From UHGV virus genome UHGV-1366948: 38,925 bases of DNA; one strand, written 5' to 3'. Origin of the DNA: a virus. Of this stretch, positions 16,520 to 26,158 are shown one piece after another. The position numbers and the translations under genes are program-made. The first letter of the stretch is position 1. Every line of letters begins with the position of its first letter. The notes under the pieces were generated by a model. That model was not told where the DNA came from. It saw only the letters and a list, made by a program, of their open reading frames with translations, and searched no databases.

Positions 16520-18458
16520 CAATGACCTGGCGCTGGCGCAAGCATTCCGCTCGGCCAAAGAGCAACTGCGCCCGCCGCCTGAGCTGACACCCTCCGAGTG
16601 GGCCGAGCGCAATGTGCGCATCCCCATCGGCAACGCCGTCCCCGGCCTGATCCGCTTCGAGAACGCGCCGTATCAGCGCGAGCCGCTCGACATGCTGATC
16701 GATCCGGACTGCTACCGGATCACGCTCATGTGGGGCGCGCAGCTGGGGAAAACGCAGCTCGCGCTGTGCGGCCAGGCGTATCACATCGCCATGCGGCCGA
16801 TGTCGCAGATGATGATGCAACCCACCGAGACCGACCTGAAGGTGTGGCTCAACGCCAAGTTTGACCCGATGATCGAAGCAAACCCCGCCATTGCCCGGCT
16901 TCTGCCCAAGGCCCGCGCGCGCGAGGGGGTCAACAACACCACGATGAAGAGCTACCCGGGCGGCTTCATGATGTTCTCGTGGTCAGGATCGCCGCAGACG
17001 ATGCGGGGGCGCTCAGCGCCCATCATCGTCGCCGACGAGCCCGACGGCTACAAGGTGACGCCCGAGGGGCATCCAGTGTCGCTGCTGTGGCAGCGCGCGG
17101 CCACGTTCGGCGACCAGCGCCGGCTGATGGAGATGTGTACGCCCACCACCAAGGGCGCCAGCCACATCGAGGCCGCGTTCGAGGCAGGCGACAGGCGCCG
17201 TTTCCACGTGCCGTGCCCGGACTGCGGCACGCGCCAGGTGCTGCGCTGGGAACAGGTCACCTGGCTGGGGCGAGACGATGAGAAGGGGGAGCAGGAGCCC
17301 GAGACGGCCCGTTACACGTGCATCCACTGCGCGAGCCTATGGGATGACGGCAAGCGCCGTGCAGCGGTGCGTGCCGGGGCGTGGCGTGCAGAGAGGCCCT
17401 TCAAAGGGCACGCCAGCTACCACCTCAACGAGCTTTACTCGACGTTCCGGAGGCTGCGCGACATCGTGCAGGACTTTCTGGATAAGCGCGCGTCAGGCGA
17501 CCTGCAGACGTTCACGAACGTATCGCTTGCCCTGCCCTGGGAGGAAACCGGCGAGCGCGCCAACGCCGATACGCTCATCGGGCGCGCCGAGGCGTTCGCG
17601 GCGCCCGTGCCTGCGGGCGGCCTTGTACTCACCGCAGGCGTGGACATGCAGCAGGACCGCTTGGAAGTCGAGATTGTGGCCTGGGGCCACGGAGAAGAGT
17701 CCTGGTCTGTCGATTATCAGGTGCTCTGGGGTGACCCGCTGCAGGGCGACGTGTGGGAGGAGCTGGAGGCACTCCTGTCGGGTACCTGGCAACACGAGAC
17801 GGGCGCGCATCTGCCGATCACAGCGGCCTGTGTCGACACCGGCGGTACAGGCGGCACTACACAGGCCGCCTACGAGTGGCTGCGCGGGAAAACGGGCCGG
17901 CGCATCTTCGGCACGAAAGGTGTCGGCGGCTGGGGGCGGCCCATCGTTGCCTCGCCCTCGCGCAAGCGAAGCGGCCAGCGTCGCCGGCACGTGGACCTTT
18001 TCCTGGTTGGCGTCGATGAAGCGAAGCTCACCGTCATGCGGCGCCTGGGCGTGGCGGCGCCCGGGCCGGGGTACTGCCATTTCCCCGAGGACCGGGACGA
18101 GGACTGGTACCGGCAGCTAACGGCCGAGACGCTGGTGACCCGCTATGTGAAGGGCTTCCCGGTGCGCGAGTGGCACAAAGTGCGCGATCGTAACGAGGCG
18201 CTGGACTGCCGCGTCTACGCGCTGGCTGCGCTCAAGATCGCCAGCCCGTCGATGAAGCGCGCCGAAGAGCGCCTGATGCGGGACGCCGAAGCTGTCGAGC
18301 AGGCCCGCGAGCAGCGCAGCCGGGCGCAGCCAACTGAGCCCCCGCCTGTGGCGCAACCACAAGTGGAAAAAACCCCTGAAGTTCCCGACACTGCCGCGAA
18401 CAAGCGACCCCGGCGGGCGCGCCCCGTGCGCCCCCGGGGCTGGGTCAACAACTGGTAA
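16488..18458 (+). CDS. Terminase large subunit, lambda gpA family
   Basis: Strong similarity to lambda gpA through conserved segments (CVDTGG..., RNEALDCRVYALAALKIAS). The start overlaps terS (in-frame candidate ATGs at 16488, 16491 and 16506). Confidence 0.9.
   Translation: MMAQRQMGRFDNDLALAQAFRSAKEQLRPPPELTPSEWAERNVRIPIGNAVPGLIRFENAPYQREPLDMLIDPDCYRITLMWGAQLGKTQLALCGQAYHIAMRPMSQMMMQPTETDLKVWLNAKFDPMIEANPAIARLLPKARAREGVNNTTMKSYPGGFMMFSWSGSPQTMRGRSAPIIVADEPDGYKVTPEGHPVSLLWQRAATFGDQRRLMEMCTPTTKGASHIEAAFEAGDRRRFHVPCPDCGTRQVLRWEQVTWLGRDDEKGEQEPETARYTCIHCASLWDDGKRRAAVRAGAWRAERPFKGHASYHLNELYSTFRRLRDIVQDFLDKRASGDLQTFTNVSLALPWEETGERANADTLIGRAEAFAAPVPAGGLVLTAGVDMQQDRLEVEIVAWGHGEESWSVDYQVLWGDPLQGDVWEELEALLSGTWQHETGAHLPITAACVDTGGTGGTTQAAYEWLRGKTGRRIFGTKGVGGWGRPIVASPSRKRSGQRRRHVDLFLVGVDEAKLTVMRRLGVAAPGPGYCHFPEDRDEDWYRQLTAETLVTRYVKGFPVREWHKVRDRNEALDCRVYALAALKIASPSMKRAEERLMRDAEAVEQAREQRSRAQPTEPPPVAQPQVEKTPEVPDTAANKRPRRARPVRPRGWVNNW
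18354..18368 (+). promoter_or_regulatory. Late-operon element copy 2: caACCACAAGTGGAa, inside the 3' end of the TerL coding sequence, 95 nt upstream of the next gene
   Basis: Same 12-mer as copies 1 and 3. Confidence 0.35.
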
Positions 18459-18460
18459 CC

Positions 18461-18994
18461 ATGGCAGACATTTTCCCGAGCAGCATCACGGCAGGGCTTA
18501 CGCTGGATCGCCGCGCGATCGCGGCCGCCTATCCTGCACCCGAGTGGCGGCTGCAGGCCGTGCTGCGCGGCCCGGGGCTCATCGGGACGCTGCAAGCCGA
18601 GCCCGACGGGCATAACCACCGTTTCCGGGTCTCTGCTGCCGAGACGGCCAAATGGGTGCCGGGCGACTACTGGTACAGCGTGCGCGCGCTCCAAGGCGAG
18701 ACCGTGCTGGAGCTGGAAGCGGGCAAGATCTCGGTGCAGATCGATCTCGCCCAGGAGGGCACGGGCTTCAACGGCGCCAGCCACACCGAGCGGGTGCTGG
18801 CCGCCATCGAGGCGGTGCTGGAGCGGCGTGCCACGCTCGATCAAGAGGAGTACCGGATCAACAACCGGGAGCTGAAGCGCACGCCGATCGCTGACCTGCT
18901 GCGGCTGCGCGACCGCTACCGGATGGAGCTGCAGCGCGCGAAAGCGGCGCGCAATGGCACGCTCTTTGGCGTGGCTCGGGTGGCGTTCCGGTGA
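18461..18994 (+). CDS. gpW-like head-tail joining protein with N-terminal extension (177 aa)
   Basis: C-terminal LAAIEAVLERRATLDQEEYRINNRELKRTPIADLLRLRDRYRMELQRAK resembles lambda gpW. Lies between TerL and portal as in lambda. Confidence 0.45.
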   Translation: MADIFPSSITAGLTLDRRAIAAAYPAPEWRLQAVLRGPGLIGTLQAEPDGHNHRFRVSAAETAKWVPGDYWYSVRALQGETVLELEAGKISVQIDLAQEGTGFNGASHTERVLAAIEAVLERRATLDQEEYRINNRELKRTPIADLLRLRDRYRMELQRAKAARNGTLFGVARVAFR

Positions 18995-20628
18995 TGGGAT
19001 TTTTCAGGCGCCAGAAACCGCCCCAGGAGGGCGCGCAGCCGCCCGTGCGCAGCCTGTCGCATGCGGATGCTGTGCAGGGCCAACGCCGCGCGCAGGGCCG
19101 CCCACAGGGCCGGCTGCCGGCCCGTGCGGGTGCGCGGCTCTTTGACGGCTCGCGCATCGACCGACTCACCGCCGACTGGACGGCAACGCCAGCCAAGGCC
19201 GACACGATCATCCGCCAGCACCAGCGCGTGCTGGTGGCCCGCGCACGCGAGCAGGTGCGCAACAACGACTATGCACGGGCCTTCGTGCGCCTGGCCCGCA
19301 CGCACGTGGCCGGTCCTCGCGGGGTGCTCCTGCAGGCGCAGAGCCGCGGCGACGATGGCCGGTTCGATACGCTGGCCAATGCGGCGATTGAGGATGCGTT
19401 CGCGCTCTGGGGGCGGAGGGAGTCGTGCGATGTGGCTGGCCTCAAGTCCTGGCGCGCGTTGCAGGCCACTGCGGTGGCCTCGGCTGTGGTCGATGGCGAG
19501 TTCATGTTCCGCCTGATCTTCGGTGCAGACGCCGGGCCGTTCGGTTTCGCGCTGCAGATGCTCGACCCGCAGCGCTGCAACCCGCAGCACGACGAGGACG
19601 ACCTGCCTGGTGGGCGGTTCATTCGCGCCGGCATCGAGTTCAATCAGTACGGGCGGCCGCTGGCCTTTCACTTTGCCGACGACCAGAGCGAGGACGCCTA
19701 TGGTTACAGCCACAGCCGGCGCGACAGCCTGCGCGTGCCGGCAGCCGAGATCATCCACGGCTTCCTGCCCGAGTTCACGGGGCAGAAACGAGGGCTGCCG
19801 TGGATGGCGACGGGGCTTTTCCGGATGCGCCAGCTCGCGGGCTTCGAGGACGCGGCAGTGGTCAATGCGCGCGTGGGCGCATCCAAGATGGGCGCACTCC
19901 AATGGCGTGATGGCTTCGGTCCTGAGTACGACGAGGACGAGGCGATGCACATGCCGCTGGAGACGCAGCCCGGCGAGTTCATGTTCCTGCCGGCCGGCGC
20001 CGAGCTGCGCGAATGGGCGCCGCAGTTTCCGGCCAACGAGTTTGCCAGCTTCAACAAGGCCATGCTGCGCGGCATCGCGGCCGGGTTCGGTGTGCTCTAC
20101 AACAACCTGGCCAACGATCTGGAGGGGGTGAATTTCTCCAGCATCCGCCAGGGCACGCTCGATGAGCGCGAATGGTGGAAGGAGCTGCAGGAGTGGCTGA
20201 TCGAAAGCCTCGTGCAGCCCGTCTTTGATGCGTGGCTGCCCAGGGCTCTGCTGGGCGGACACATCCGAGTCAAGGGAAAGGCGCTGAAGCCCGAGCGGCT
20301 GGCACGCTATGCACAGGTGGCCTGGCAGCCCCGGCGCTGGGCGTGGATTGATCCACAGTCTGACATCCAGGCAGCCGTCGCGGCCAAGAACCAGCTGCTC
20401 ATGTCCCCAGGGCAGATCATCCGCGAGCAGGGACGCGATCCGTCGGACGTGTGGCGCGAGATCGCCAGCGACATCCAGGAGATGCGCGACGCGGGCATCC
20501 CCGAAGAGTTCATCAAGTCGGCCGTGTTCGACAAGAACCTGCAGGCGGCCGTGATGGCCGAGACGGCCAAGCAATCCCGGCCCCGGGCCGGAAACCAGGA
20601 GGACGCTGCCGATGCCGGCAACGCTTGA
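18994..20628 (+). CDS. Portal protein, lambda gpB family
   Basis: Conserved segment EFASFNKAMLRGIAAGFGVLYNNLANDLEGVNFSSIRQG parallels lambda gpB QSLLRYIAAGLGVSYEQL. TGATG coupling to the gpW-like gene. Confidence 0.85.
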   Translation: MGFFRRQKPPQEGAQPPVRSLSHADAVQGQRRAQGRPQGRLPARAGARLFDGSRIDRLTADWTATPAKADTIIRQHQRVLVARAREQVRNNDYARAFVRLARTHVAGPRGVLLQAQSRGDDGRFDTLANAAIEDAFALWGRRESCDVAGLKSWRALQATAVASAVVDGEFMFRLIFGADAGPFGFALQMLDPQRCNPQHDEDDLPGGRFIRAGIEFNQYGRPLAFHFADDQSEDAYGYSHSRRDSLRVPAAEIIHGFLPEFTGQKRGLPWMATGLFRMRQLAGFEDAAVVNARVGASKMGALQWRDGFGPEYDEDEAMHMPLETQPGEFMFLPAGAELREWAPQFPANEFASFNKAMLRGIAAGFGVLYNNLANDLEGVNFSSIRQGTLDEREWWKELQEWLIESLVQPVFDAWLPRALLGGHIRVKGKALKPERLARYAQVAWQPRRWAWIDPQSDIQAAVAAKNQLLMSPGQIIREQGRDPSDVWREIASDIQEMRDAGIPEEFIKSAVFDKNLQAAVMAETAKQSRPRAGNQEDAADAGNA

Positions 20629-22498
20629 CGATATCCGGGCACGCGACGGCGCGCGTGCGTTTCGCTCGGCCCAGGTGGGCGCAGTCAACCAGGACGCGCG
20701 CACGGTGGAGCTGGCGTTTTCGAGCGAGGCGCCCGTGCAGCGCTGGTATGGCACCGAGATCCTGAGCCACGCGCCAGAAGCGGTGGTGATGACGCGCCTC
20801 AACGACGGCGCAGCCCTTTTGCTCGATCACGACTGGGAAAAACAGATCGGGGTCGTAGAAACCGTTTCCATCGACGCAGACCGCCGGGGGCGGGCTGTCG
20901 TGCGCTTTGGCAAGAGCGCGCGAGCCGAGGAAATCTTCCAGGACATCGCAGACGGCATCCGCCGCCATGTCTCGGTTGGCTATCGCATCATCGACGCGGA
21001 GCGTACCGAGATCAAGGACGGGGAGGATACCTGGACGATCACCCAGTGGGAGCCGTTCGAGATCTCCATCGTCTCCGTGCCTGCCGACACATCTGTCGGC
21101 GTGGGGCGCTCGATGGATATCGATTTACCTGCCGCGCCACGCGCCGCGAGTGCGCCCGAAGCGCAGCAACAACCCAACACCAGGAACACTACTGACATGC
21201 CTGAAGCAGTCACCGGCGGCCAGAAGGTCGCCACCAACACCCCGGCGCCCGAGAAAACGGCGGATCACGCCAGCACGCGCGCAACCGAGGTCGAGCGCCA
21301 GCGCGTGCGCGCCATCATGGACATGGGCGAGCAGTACCACGCGCCTGAGCTTGCCCGTGATGCAGCCCGTGACGGCGTCTCGGTCGCTGATTTTCAGCGT
21401 CAGCTGCTCGACCACATCAACGGCCGCCATCAGGTGCCGCTGTCCGAGCAGATGAAGCACGCCGACATCGGCCTGACCGAGAAGGAGGCGCGCAACTTCA
21501 GCTTTCTGAAGGTCGTGCGCGCGCTGGCCGAGCCCACCAGCCGCCGCGCCCAGGAAGAGGCGGCGTTCGAGTTCGAGGCGTCACGCGCTGCCGCCGAGAA
21601 ACGCGCCCGCGACAGCGAGCGTTTTGCCATCCCGGCGGACGTGCTGACGCGCGCCCTCAACACCGCAAAGACGGGCGCAGCCACTGGTGACACCGGCGGC
21701 TATCTGGTGGCCAACACGCTGCTGGCGTCGTCGTTTATCGACATCCTGCGCAACCGCGCCACCATCATGCAGCTGGGCACGGTCGCCGGCGGCCTGGTGG
21801 GCACGGTGGACATCCCTAGACAGGTGGCAGCAGCCCAGGGCTACTGGGTGGGCGAGGACCAGGACGCCACCGAGCAGGCGCTGCAGCTGGGCCAGGTGAG
21901 CCTGTCGCCCAAGACCGTGGCAGCGTACTCCGAGATCACCCGCAAGCTGATGATGCAGTCGTCCATCGACATCGAGGCGCTGGTGCGTGCGGACCTGGCC
22001 AAGGCGCTGGCGCTGACCATCGACAAGGCGGGCTACTACGGCACTGGCAGTGACCAGCAGCCGCGCGGCATCACGAATCAGACCGGCATCAACGCCGTGC
22101 AGTTCAAGGCCGAGCGCCCGACGTTTGCCGAGCTGGTGGAGATGGAAACCCAGATCGCAGTCGACAACGCCGACGTGAGCGGGATGGCCTACGTCTCAGA
22201 GGCCGGCTTCCGGGGCTACGCAAAGACCGCGCTCAAGCACGAGGGCGTGGCTGGCACGATCTGGGAGTCGGGCAACACCGTCAACGGCTACCGCACCGAG
22301 ATCACCAACCAGGTGAACAAGGGCGATGTGATCATGGGCAACTTCGCCGACCTGCTGGTGGCGATGTGGGGCGGCCTGGATCTGACGGTCGATCCGTACA
22401 GCAACAGCAAGTCGGGCCGGCTGCGCATCGTTGTCTTCCAGGACGTGGACTTTGCGGTGCGCCGCACCGAGTCGTTCTGCCTGGGCCGCAAGAGCTGA
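20612..22498 (+). CDS. Prohead protease (HK97/S78-like) fused to an HK97-fold major capsid protein (628 aa)
   Basis: N-terminal protease motifs (LLLDHDWEKQIGVVE...FEISIVSVPAD), a Pro/Ala/Thr-rich linker, and a C-terminal HK97 MCP-like domain (GGYLVANT...NADVSGMAYVSEAG...GNFADLLVAMWGGLD). Confidence 0.85.
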   Translation: MPATLDDIRARDGARAFRSAQVGAVNQDARTVELAFSSEAPVQRWYGTEILSHAPEAVVMTRLNDGAALLLDHDWEKQIGVVETVSIDADRRGRAVVRFGKSARAEEIFQDIADGIRRHVSVGYRIIDAERTEIKDGEDTWTITQWEPFEISIVSVPADTSVGVGRSMDIDLPAAPRAASAPEAQQQPNTRNTTDMPEAVTGGQKVATNTPAPEKTADHASTRATEVERQRVRAIMDMGEQYHAPELARDAARDGVSVADFQRQLLDHINGRHQVPLSEQMKHADIGLTEKEARNFSFLKVVRALAEPTSRRAQEEAAFEFEASRAAAEKRARDSERFAIPADVLTRALNTAKTGAATGDTGGYLVANTLLASSFIDILRNRATIMQLGTVAGGLVGTVDIPRQVAAAQGYWVGEDQDATEQALQLGQVSLSPKTVAAYSEITRKLMMQSSIDIEALVRADLAKALALTIDKAGYYGTGSDQQPRGITNQTGINAVQFKAERPTFAELVEMETQIAVDNADVSGMAYVSEAGFRGYAKTALKHEGVAGTIWESGNTVNGYRTEITNQVNKGDVIMGNFADLLVAMWGGLDLTVDPYSNSKSGRLRIVVFQDVDFAVRRTESFCLGRKS

Positions 22499-22506
22499 GG
22501 CAAGAC

Positions 22507-22535
22507 GCCGCCCGGCGGCGCGACTGCCGGGCGGC
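22507..22535 (+). terminator. Perfect 10-bp stem-loop (GCCGCCCGGC-N9-GCCGGGCGGC) just after the capsid gene: attenuator or mRNA-stability element without a U-tract
   Basis: Seen directly 9 nt after the capsid stop. Confidence 0.4.
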
Positions 22536-22554
22536 TCTGAACAAGGAGAGTGAC

Positions 22555-22773
22555 ATGGAAGAACAGGTCGTCATCGAAGTGACATCGGCCATCGTGGTTG
22601 AAGGGCTTGTCGTGCTGCCCGGCCAGTCTGTGCGGGTGCTGGCATCAGACGCCCGCGTACTGATTGCCCAAGGCAAAGCTGTGCGCGTAGAGGACGCCGA
22701 GCCCGAAGAGCCCGAGGAAGGCGGCGCCTCGAAGCCCGCAGCGCCCAAGACGCGTGCCGTCAAGGCACGCTGA
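22555..22773 (+). CDS. Small head-associated protein (72 aa), function unknown
   Basis: AAGGAGAG RBS upstream of the ATG. Confidence 0.45.
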   Translation: MEEQVVIEVTSAIVVEGLVVLPGQSVRVLASDARVLIAQGKAVRVEDAEPEEPEEGGASKPAAPKTRAVKAR

Positions 22774-22786
22774 ACAAGGCGAGCAG

Positions 22787-23104
22787 ATGCCGCAGCACGC
22801 CTGGGAAGACCTCGACACTTTCCTGCAGGTGGACGAGTTCGCCACATGGGCCACTGTGCGCCTGCAGGCAGGCGCGGAGCGCCGAATCCGCGGCATCTTC
22901 GACGATCCGTATCTGAACGCCGAACTGGGCGAGTACGAACTCGACAGCACCCGTCCACGCCTGACTTGCCGCTGGGCAGACGTGCGCGACGTGACCCGGG
23001 GCGATGTCGTCGAGATTGAAGGCGTTGCCTACGACGTGGTGACCAACGCCCAGCCCGACGGCACCGGCATGGGGCTGCTCGCACTTGCGGAGCAGCGCGC
23101 ATGA
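22787..23104 (+). CDS. gpFII-like head-tail joining (head completion) protein
   Basis: IRGIFDDPY...RLTCRWADVRDVTRGDVVEIEGVAYDVVTNAQPDGTGMGLL parallels lambda FII IRGVFDDPE...LRRGDTLTIGEENFWVDRVSPDDGGSCHLWL. Confidence 0.6.
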   Translation: MPQHAWEDLDTFLQVDEFATWATVRLQAGAERRIRGIFDDPYLNAELGEYELDSTRPRLTCRWADVRDVTRGDVVEIEGVAYDVVTNAQPDGTGMGLLALAEQRA

Positions 23105-23637
23105 TCGAGCTGACGATCGACACCAAGGGGCTGGAGGGCATCATCGATGAGCTGGGTGCCATGCCACAGCAGGTGCAGGCCGCCATGCGCTCAACGCTCA
23201 CCAAGATGGCCGGCTGGGTGCGCACGCGCTCGACGCGCGGCCTCTCAAAAGAGCTGGCGCTGCAGCAGAAGATCATCCGCCGGCGCCTGAAAGTGGCGCG
23301 CTTGCGGCGAACGCCGCGCGGCGCCGAGGTGCCGATCTGGTACGGCCTCAACCCCGTGGGCCTCATCCGGCTGCAGGCCCGCCAGAACCGTCAGGGCGTG
23401 CGCGCCTACGGCGGCCGCCAGGTGCAATCCGGCTTCATCCGCCGAGGCCGAGGCGGAAAGCTGCACGTCTTCAAGCGTGAGGGCAAAGCGCGGCTGCCCA
23501 TCAAGAGCCAGAAAGTCGAGATCGCCGACCCGGGCAGCGACTATCTGCAGGACGACCTCATCGAGAGCGCCGAGTTCCGCGCGCGCTTTCTGCAGGTCTT
23601 TGAACACGAGCTGACATGGCGAATGCGCAAACAGTGA
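23101..23637 (+). CDS. Virion morphogenesis / tail completion protein (178 aa)
   Basis: Position between head-joining and baseplate genes; ATGA coupling. Confidence 0.45.
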   Translation: MIELTIDTKGLEGIIDELGAMPQQVQAAMRSTLTKMAGWVRTRSTRGLSKELALQQKIIRRRLKVARLRRTPRGAEVPIWYGLNPVGLIRLQARQNRQGVRAYGGRQVQSGFIRRGRGGKLHVFKREGKARLPIKSQKVEIADPGSDYLQDDLIESAEFRARFLQVFEHELTWRMRKQ

Positions 23638-24167
23638 CCACCATTGAGGCCGTCCACGAGGGCATCATCGCAGCCATCCGGCGGCGATTTCCCGAGCTGC
23701 TGACGGTCGAAGCCTACCGGATGGACAGGAAGAACCTGCCCGTGCCCGCGTGCCTGGTGGAGCTGACCGAGATGGAGGCCGCCGACGACCTGGACCCGGG
23801 CACCGGACAGCTGGCCGTCAACGCGCGCTTTGAGGCGCGCTTCGTGCTGGGCTTTCGCCAGGGGAGCCGGAACCCAAAGATGGAAGTGCGGCGCCTGGCT
23901 GCCGAATTCATGGCCTGGGCGCGCCTGCAGCGCTGGGGCTGCCCGGTGGGACCGGCCATGATCATCGGCGCCTGGCCCGACGAGTTCGACCCTGAGCTAG
24001 ATCAGTACGAATGCTGGCGTGCCGAGTGGCAGCAGGTGATCCACCTGGGTGCATCCGACTGGACCGGCGACGGCACCACGCCCACGGATCCGGCCGTGTC
24101 GTTTGCGCCGGAGATCGGCGCCGAGCACGAGGCCGACTACCTGCGCCTCGACCGTGAGGCGCCCTGA
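23616..24167 (+). CDS. Tail completion protein (P2 gpR-like position, 183 aa)
   Basis: Position immediately before gpV; TGATG coupling to gpV. Confidence 0.4.
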   Translation: MANAQTVTTIEAVHEGIIAAIRRRFPELLTVEAYRMDRKNLPVPACLVELTEMEAADDLDPGTGQLAVNARFEARFVLGFRQGSRNPKMEVRRLAAEFMAWARLQRWGCPVGPAMIIGAWPDEFDPELDQYECWRAEWQQVIHLGASDWTGDGTTPTDPAVSFAPEIGAEHEADYLRLDREAP

Positions 24168-24808
24168 TGAACGCCTATGCCCTGGCTGAGATTGAGCGGC
24201 TGCTGGCCAACCTGATCCGAGTCGGCACCGTGGCCGCCCTCGATGCGGCGGCCGCGCGCGTGAGCGTCGATGTCGGGGGCTTGACCACCGACTGGCTGCC
24301 GTGGATTGCCGGGCGCGCGGGCGCCACGCGCACCTGGTCGGCGCCGCGCCCTGGCGAGCAGGTGCTGGTGCTGGCACCCTACGGGGATCTGGCCCAGGCT
24401 GTCGTGCTGCCGGCCCTCTACCAGGACGCGCACCCGGCGCCGGCTGCCAGCCAGGACATCGAGCGCATCACCTGCCCGGATGGCAGCACGGTCGACTACG
24501 ACAGCGCCCAGGGGCAGCTGACCGTCACGGTGGCAGCTGCCGGGCGCGTCATCGTCAACTGCCAGACGGCCACCATCAACGCGGCCGATTCCGTGACGCT
24601 GGCCGCACCGCAGACCACCTGCACAGGCGCCCTGACGGTGCAGGGGCCGCTGACCTGGAAGTCAGGCATGACCGGCACAGGGGGCGCCACGATTGCCGGC
24701 AACGTGGCGGTATCTGGCGGGCTCTCGAACAACGGCACCAACGTAGGCGCTGGCCACCGGCACAGCGGTGTCGAACAGGGCAAGGATACGAGCGGCCCGG
24801 TGCTCTGA
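24167..24808 (+). CDS. gpV: Baseplate spike protein, P2 gpV family
   Basis: N-terminal OB domain (RVGTVAALDAAAARVSVDVGGLTTDWLPW) and Gly-rich C-terminus typical of gpV. Confidence 0.8.
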   Translation: MNAYALAEIERLLANLIRVGTVAALDAAAARVSVDVGGLTTDWLPWIAGRAGATRTWSAPRPGEQVLVLAPYGDLAQAVVLPALYQDAHPAPAASQDIERITCPDGSTVDYDSAQGQLTVTVAAAGRVIVNCQTATINAADSVTLAAPQTTCTGALTVQGPLTWKSGMTGTGGATIAGNVAVSGGLSNNGTNVGAGHRHSGVEQGKDTSGPVL

Positions 24809-24864
24809 GGGCGCGTTGCCGGCGGCCGTCGTGTCTGCGCACAACACCGATAGCACGCTTGGCA

Positions 24865-24880
24865 CAACCACAAGTGGAAG
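24865..24880 (+). promoter_or_regulatory. Late-operon element copy 3: caACCACAAGTGGAag in the gpV-gpW intergenic gap, 32 nt upstream of gpW ATG
   Basis: Same 12-mer as copies 1 and 2. Confidence 0.4.
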
Positions 24881-24911
24881 CGCTGTCGCGCCCCGGCTAT
24901 CGTCCCGCTCC

Positions 24912-25253
24912 ATGAACGGGACCAGCTCCACCACCGGCCGCCGCCTGAGCGGCATCGATCACCTGCGCCAGAGCGTGCGCGACATCCTGGCCACGCCGCT
25001 GGGCAGCCGGGTGATGCGCCGCGACTACGGCAGTCGCCTCTTTGCGCTGATCGACGCGCCGATGAACCGGGGCACGCTGGTGCAGATCTACGCCGCCGCC
25101 ATCGAGGCGCTGCAGCGCTGGGAGAGCCGCATCGCTGTCGAGCGCGTCACGGCCAGCCGTGCCGCTCCGGGTTCCATCACGCTGGACATCCGGGGCACGT
25201 ACCTGCCCGAGGGGCGCCCGATCCTTCTGGACGGTATCGAGGTGCGCCGATGA
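24912..25253 (+). CDS. gpW: Baseplate protein, P2 gpW / T4 gp25 family
   Basis: LRQSVRDILATPLGSRVMRRDYGSRL matches P2 gpW ISQSIGDILRTPVGSRVMRRDYGSLL. Confidence 0.8.
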   Translation: MNGTSSTTGRRLSGIDHLRQSVRDILATPLGSRVMRRDYGSRLFALIDAPMNRGTLVQIYAAAIEALQRWESRIAVERVTASRAAPGSITLDIRGTYLPEGRPILLDGIEVRR

Positions 25254-26158
25254 TCACCAATGCCTTCTCGCAGATCGACCTGTCGCGGCTGGCAGCGCCC
25301 GATGTCGTCGAGGTGCTCGATTACGAGGTCATCCTGGCCGAGATGCTCGCGGACCTGCGGGCACGCGACAGTGCGTTCACCGCGCTCACTGAGGCTGACC
25401 CCGCCTACAAAATCCTGGAGGTCGCGGCGTACCGCGAGCTGCTCATCCGCCAGCGGATCAACGAGGCAGCCAGGAGCGTCATGCTGGCCTATGCCGCTGG
25501 CGCCGATCTGGATCAGATCGCCGCCAATTTCGGCGTGGCGCGCCTGCTGATCCGCCCGGCCGATGACCGAACCATCCCGCCCACACCGGCTGTCTACGAG
25601 ACCGACGAGGAGCTGCGCAACCGCGTGACCCTCTCACTGGAGGGTTACACCGCCGCCGGCAGCCGGGGCAGCTACGTGTATCACGCGCTGTCAGCCAGCG
25701 GTGACGTGAAGGACGTGGCGGTGGACAGCCTCACGCCCGGCACCGTCAATGTGGCCGTGCTCACCCGTACCGGTACGGGCGGCGGAGCCGACAGCGAGCC
25801 CACGCGCCAGACTGTCGTCAATGCGCTCAACGCCGAGGAGGTCCGGCCGCTATGTGACACCGTGGATGTGCGGCTGGCGCAGATCATCGAATACCGCATC
25901 GAGGCCGTGCTGACCGTGTTTGCGGGCGCCGGCCAGGCCGAGGTGCTGGCGGCCGCCCGGGCGGCTGCTGCACGCTACGCTGAGGAGCAGCATCGCCTGG
26001 GGCGCGACATCACGCGCAGCGGCGTCTTTGCCGCGCTGCATCAGCCTGGCGTCCAGAACGTCTCGCTCATTGCGCCCGCTGCCGACCAGGTCGTCGCCTG
26101 GAACCAGGCACCGCACTGCAATGGCATCACCGTGACCATCGGAGGCGTCGGTGACTGA
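25250..26158 (+). CDS. gpJ: Baseplate assembly protein, P2 gpJ family
   Basis: Baseplate_J-like sequence throughout; ATGA coupling. Confidence 0.85.
   Translation: MITNAFSQIDLSRLAAPDVVEVLDYEVILAEMLADLRARDSAFTALTEADPAYKILEVAAYRELLIRQRINEAARSVMLAYAAGADLDQIAANFGVARLLIRPADDRTIPPTPAVYETDEELRNRVTLSLEGYTAAGSRGSYVYHALSASGDVKDVAVDSLTPGTVNVAVLTRTGTGGGADSEPTRQTVVNALNAEEVRPLCDTVDVRLAQIIEYRIEAVLTVFAGAGQAEVLAAARAAAARYAEEQHRLGRDITRSGVFAALHQPGVQNVSLIAPAADQVVAWNQAPHCNGITVTIGGVGD

Noticed and set aside
18916-20802. 628-aa minus-strand ORF
   Set aside because: Antisense to the portal gene. Arg/Pro/Ala-rich composition typical of spurious ORFs in GC-rich DNA.
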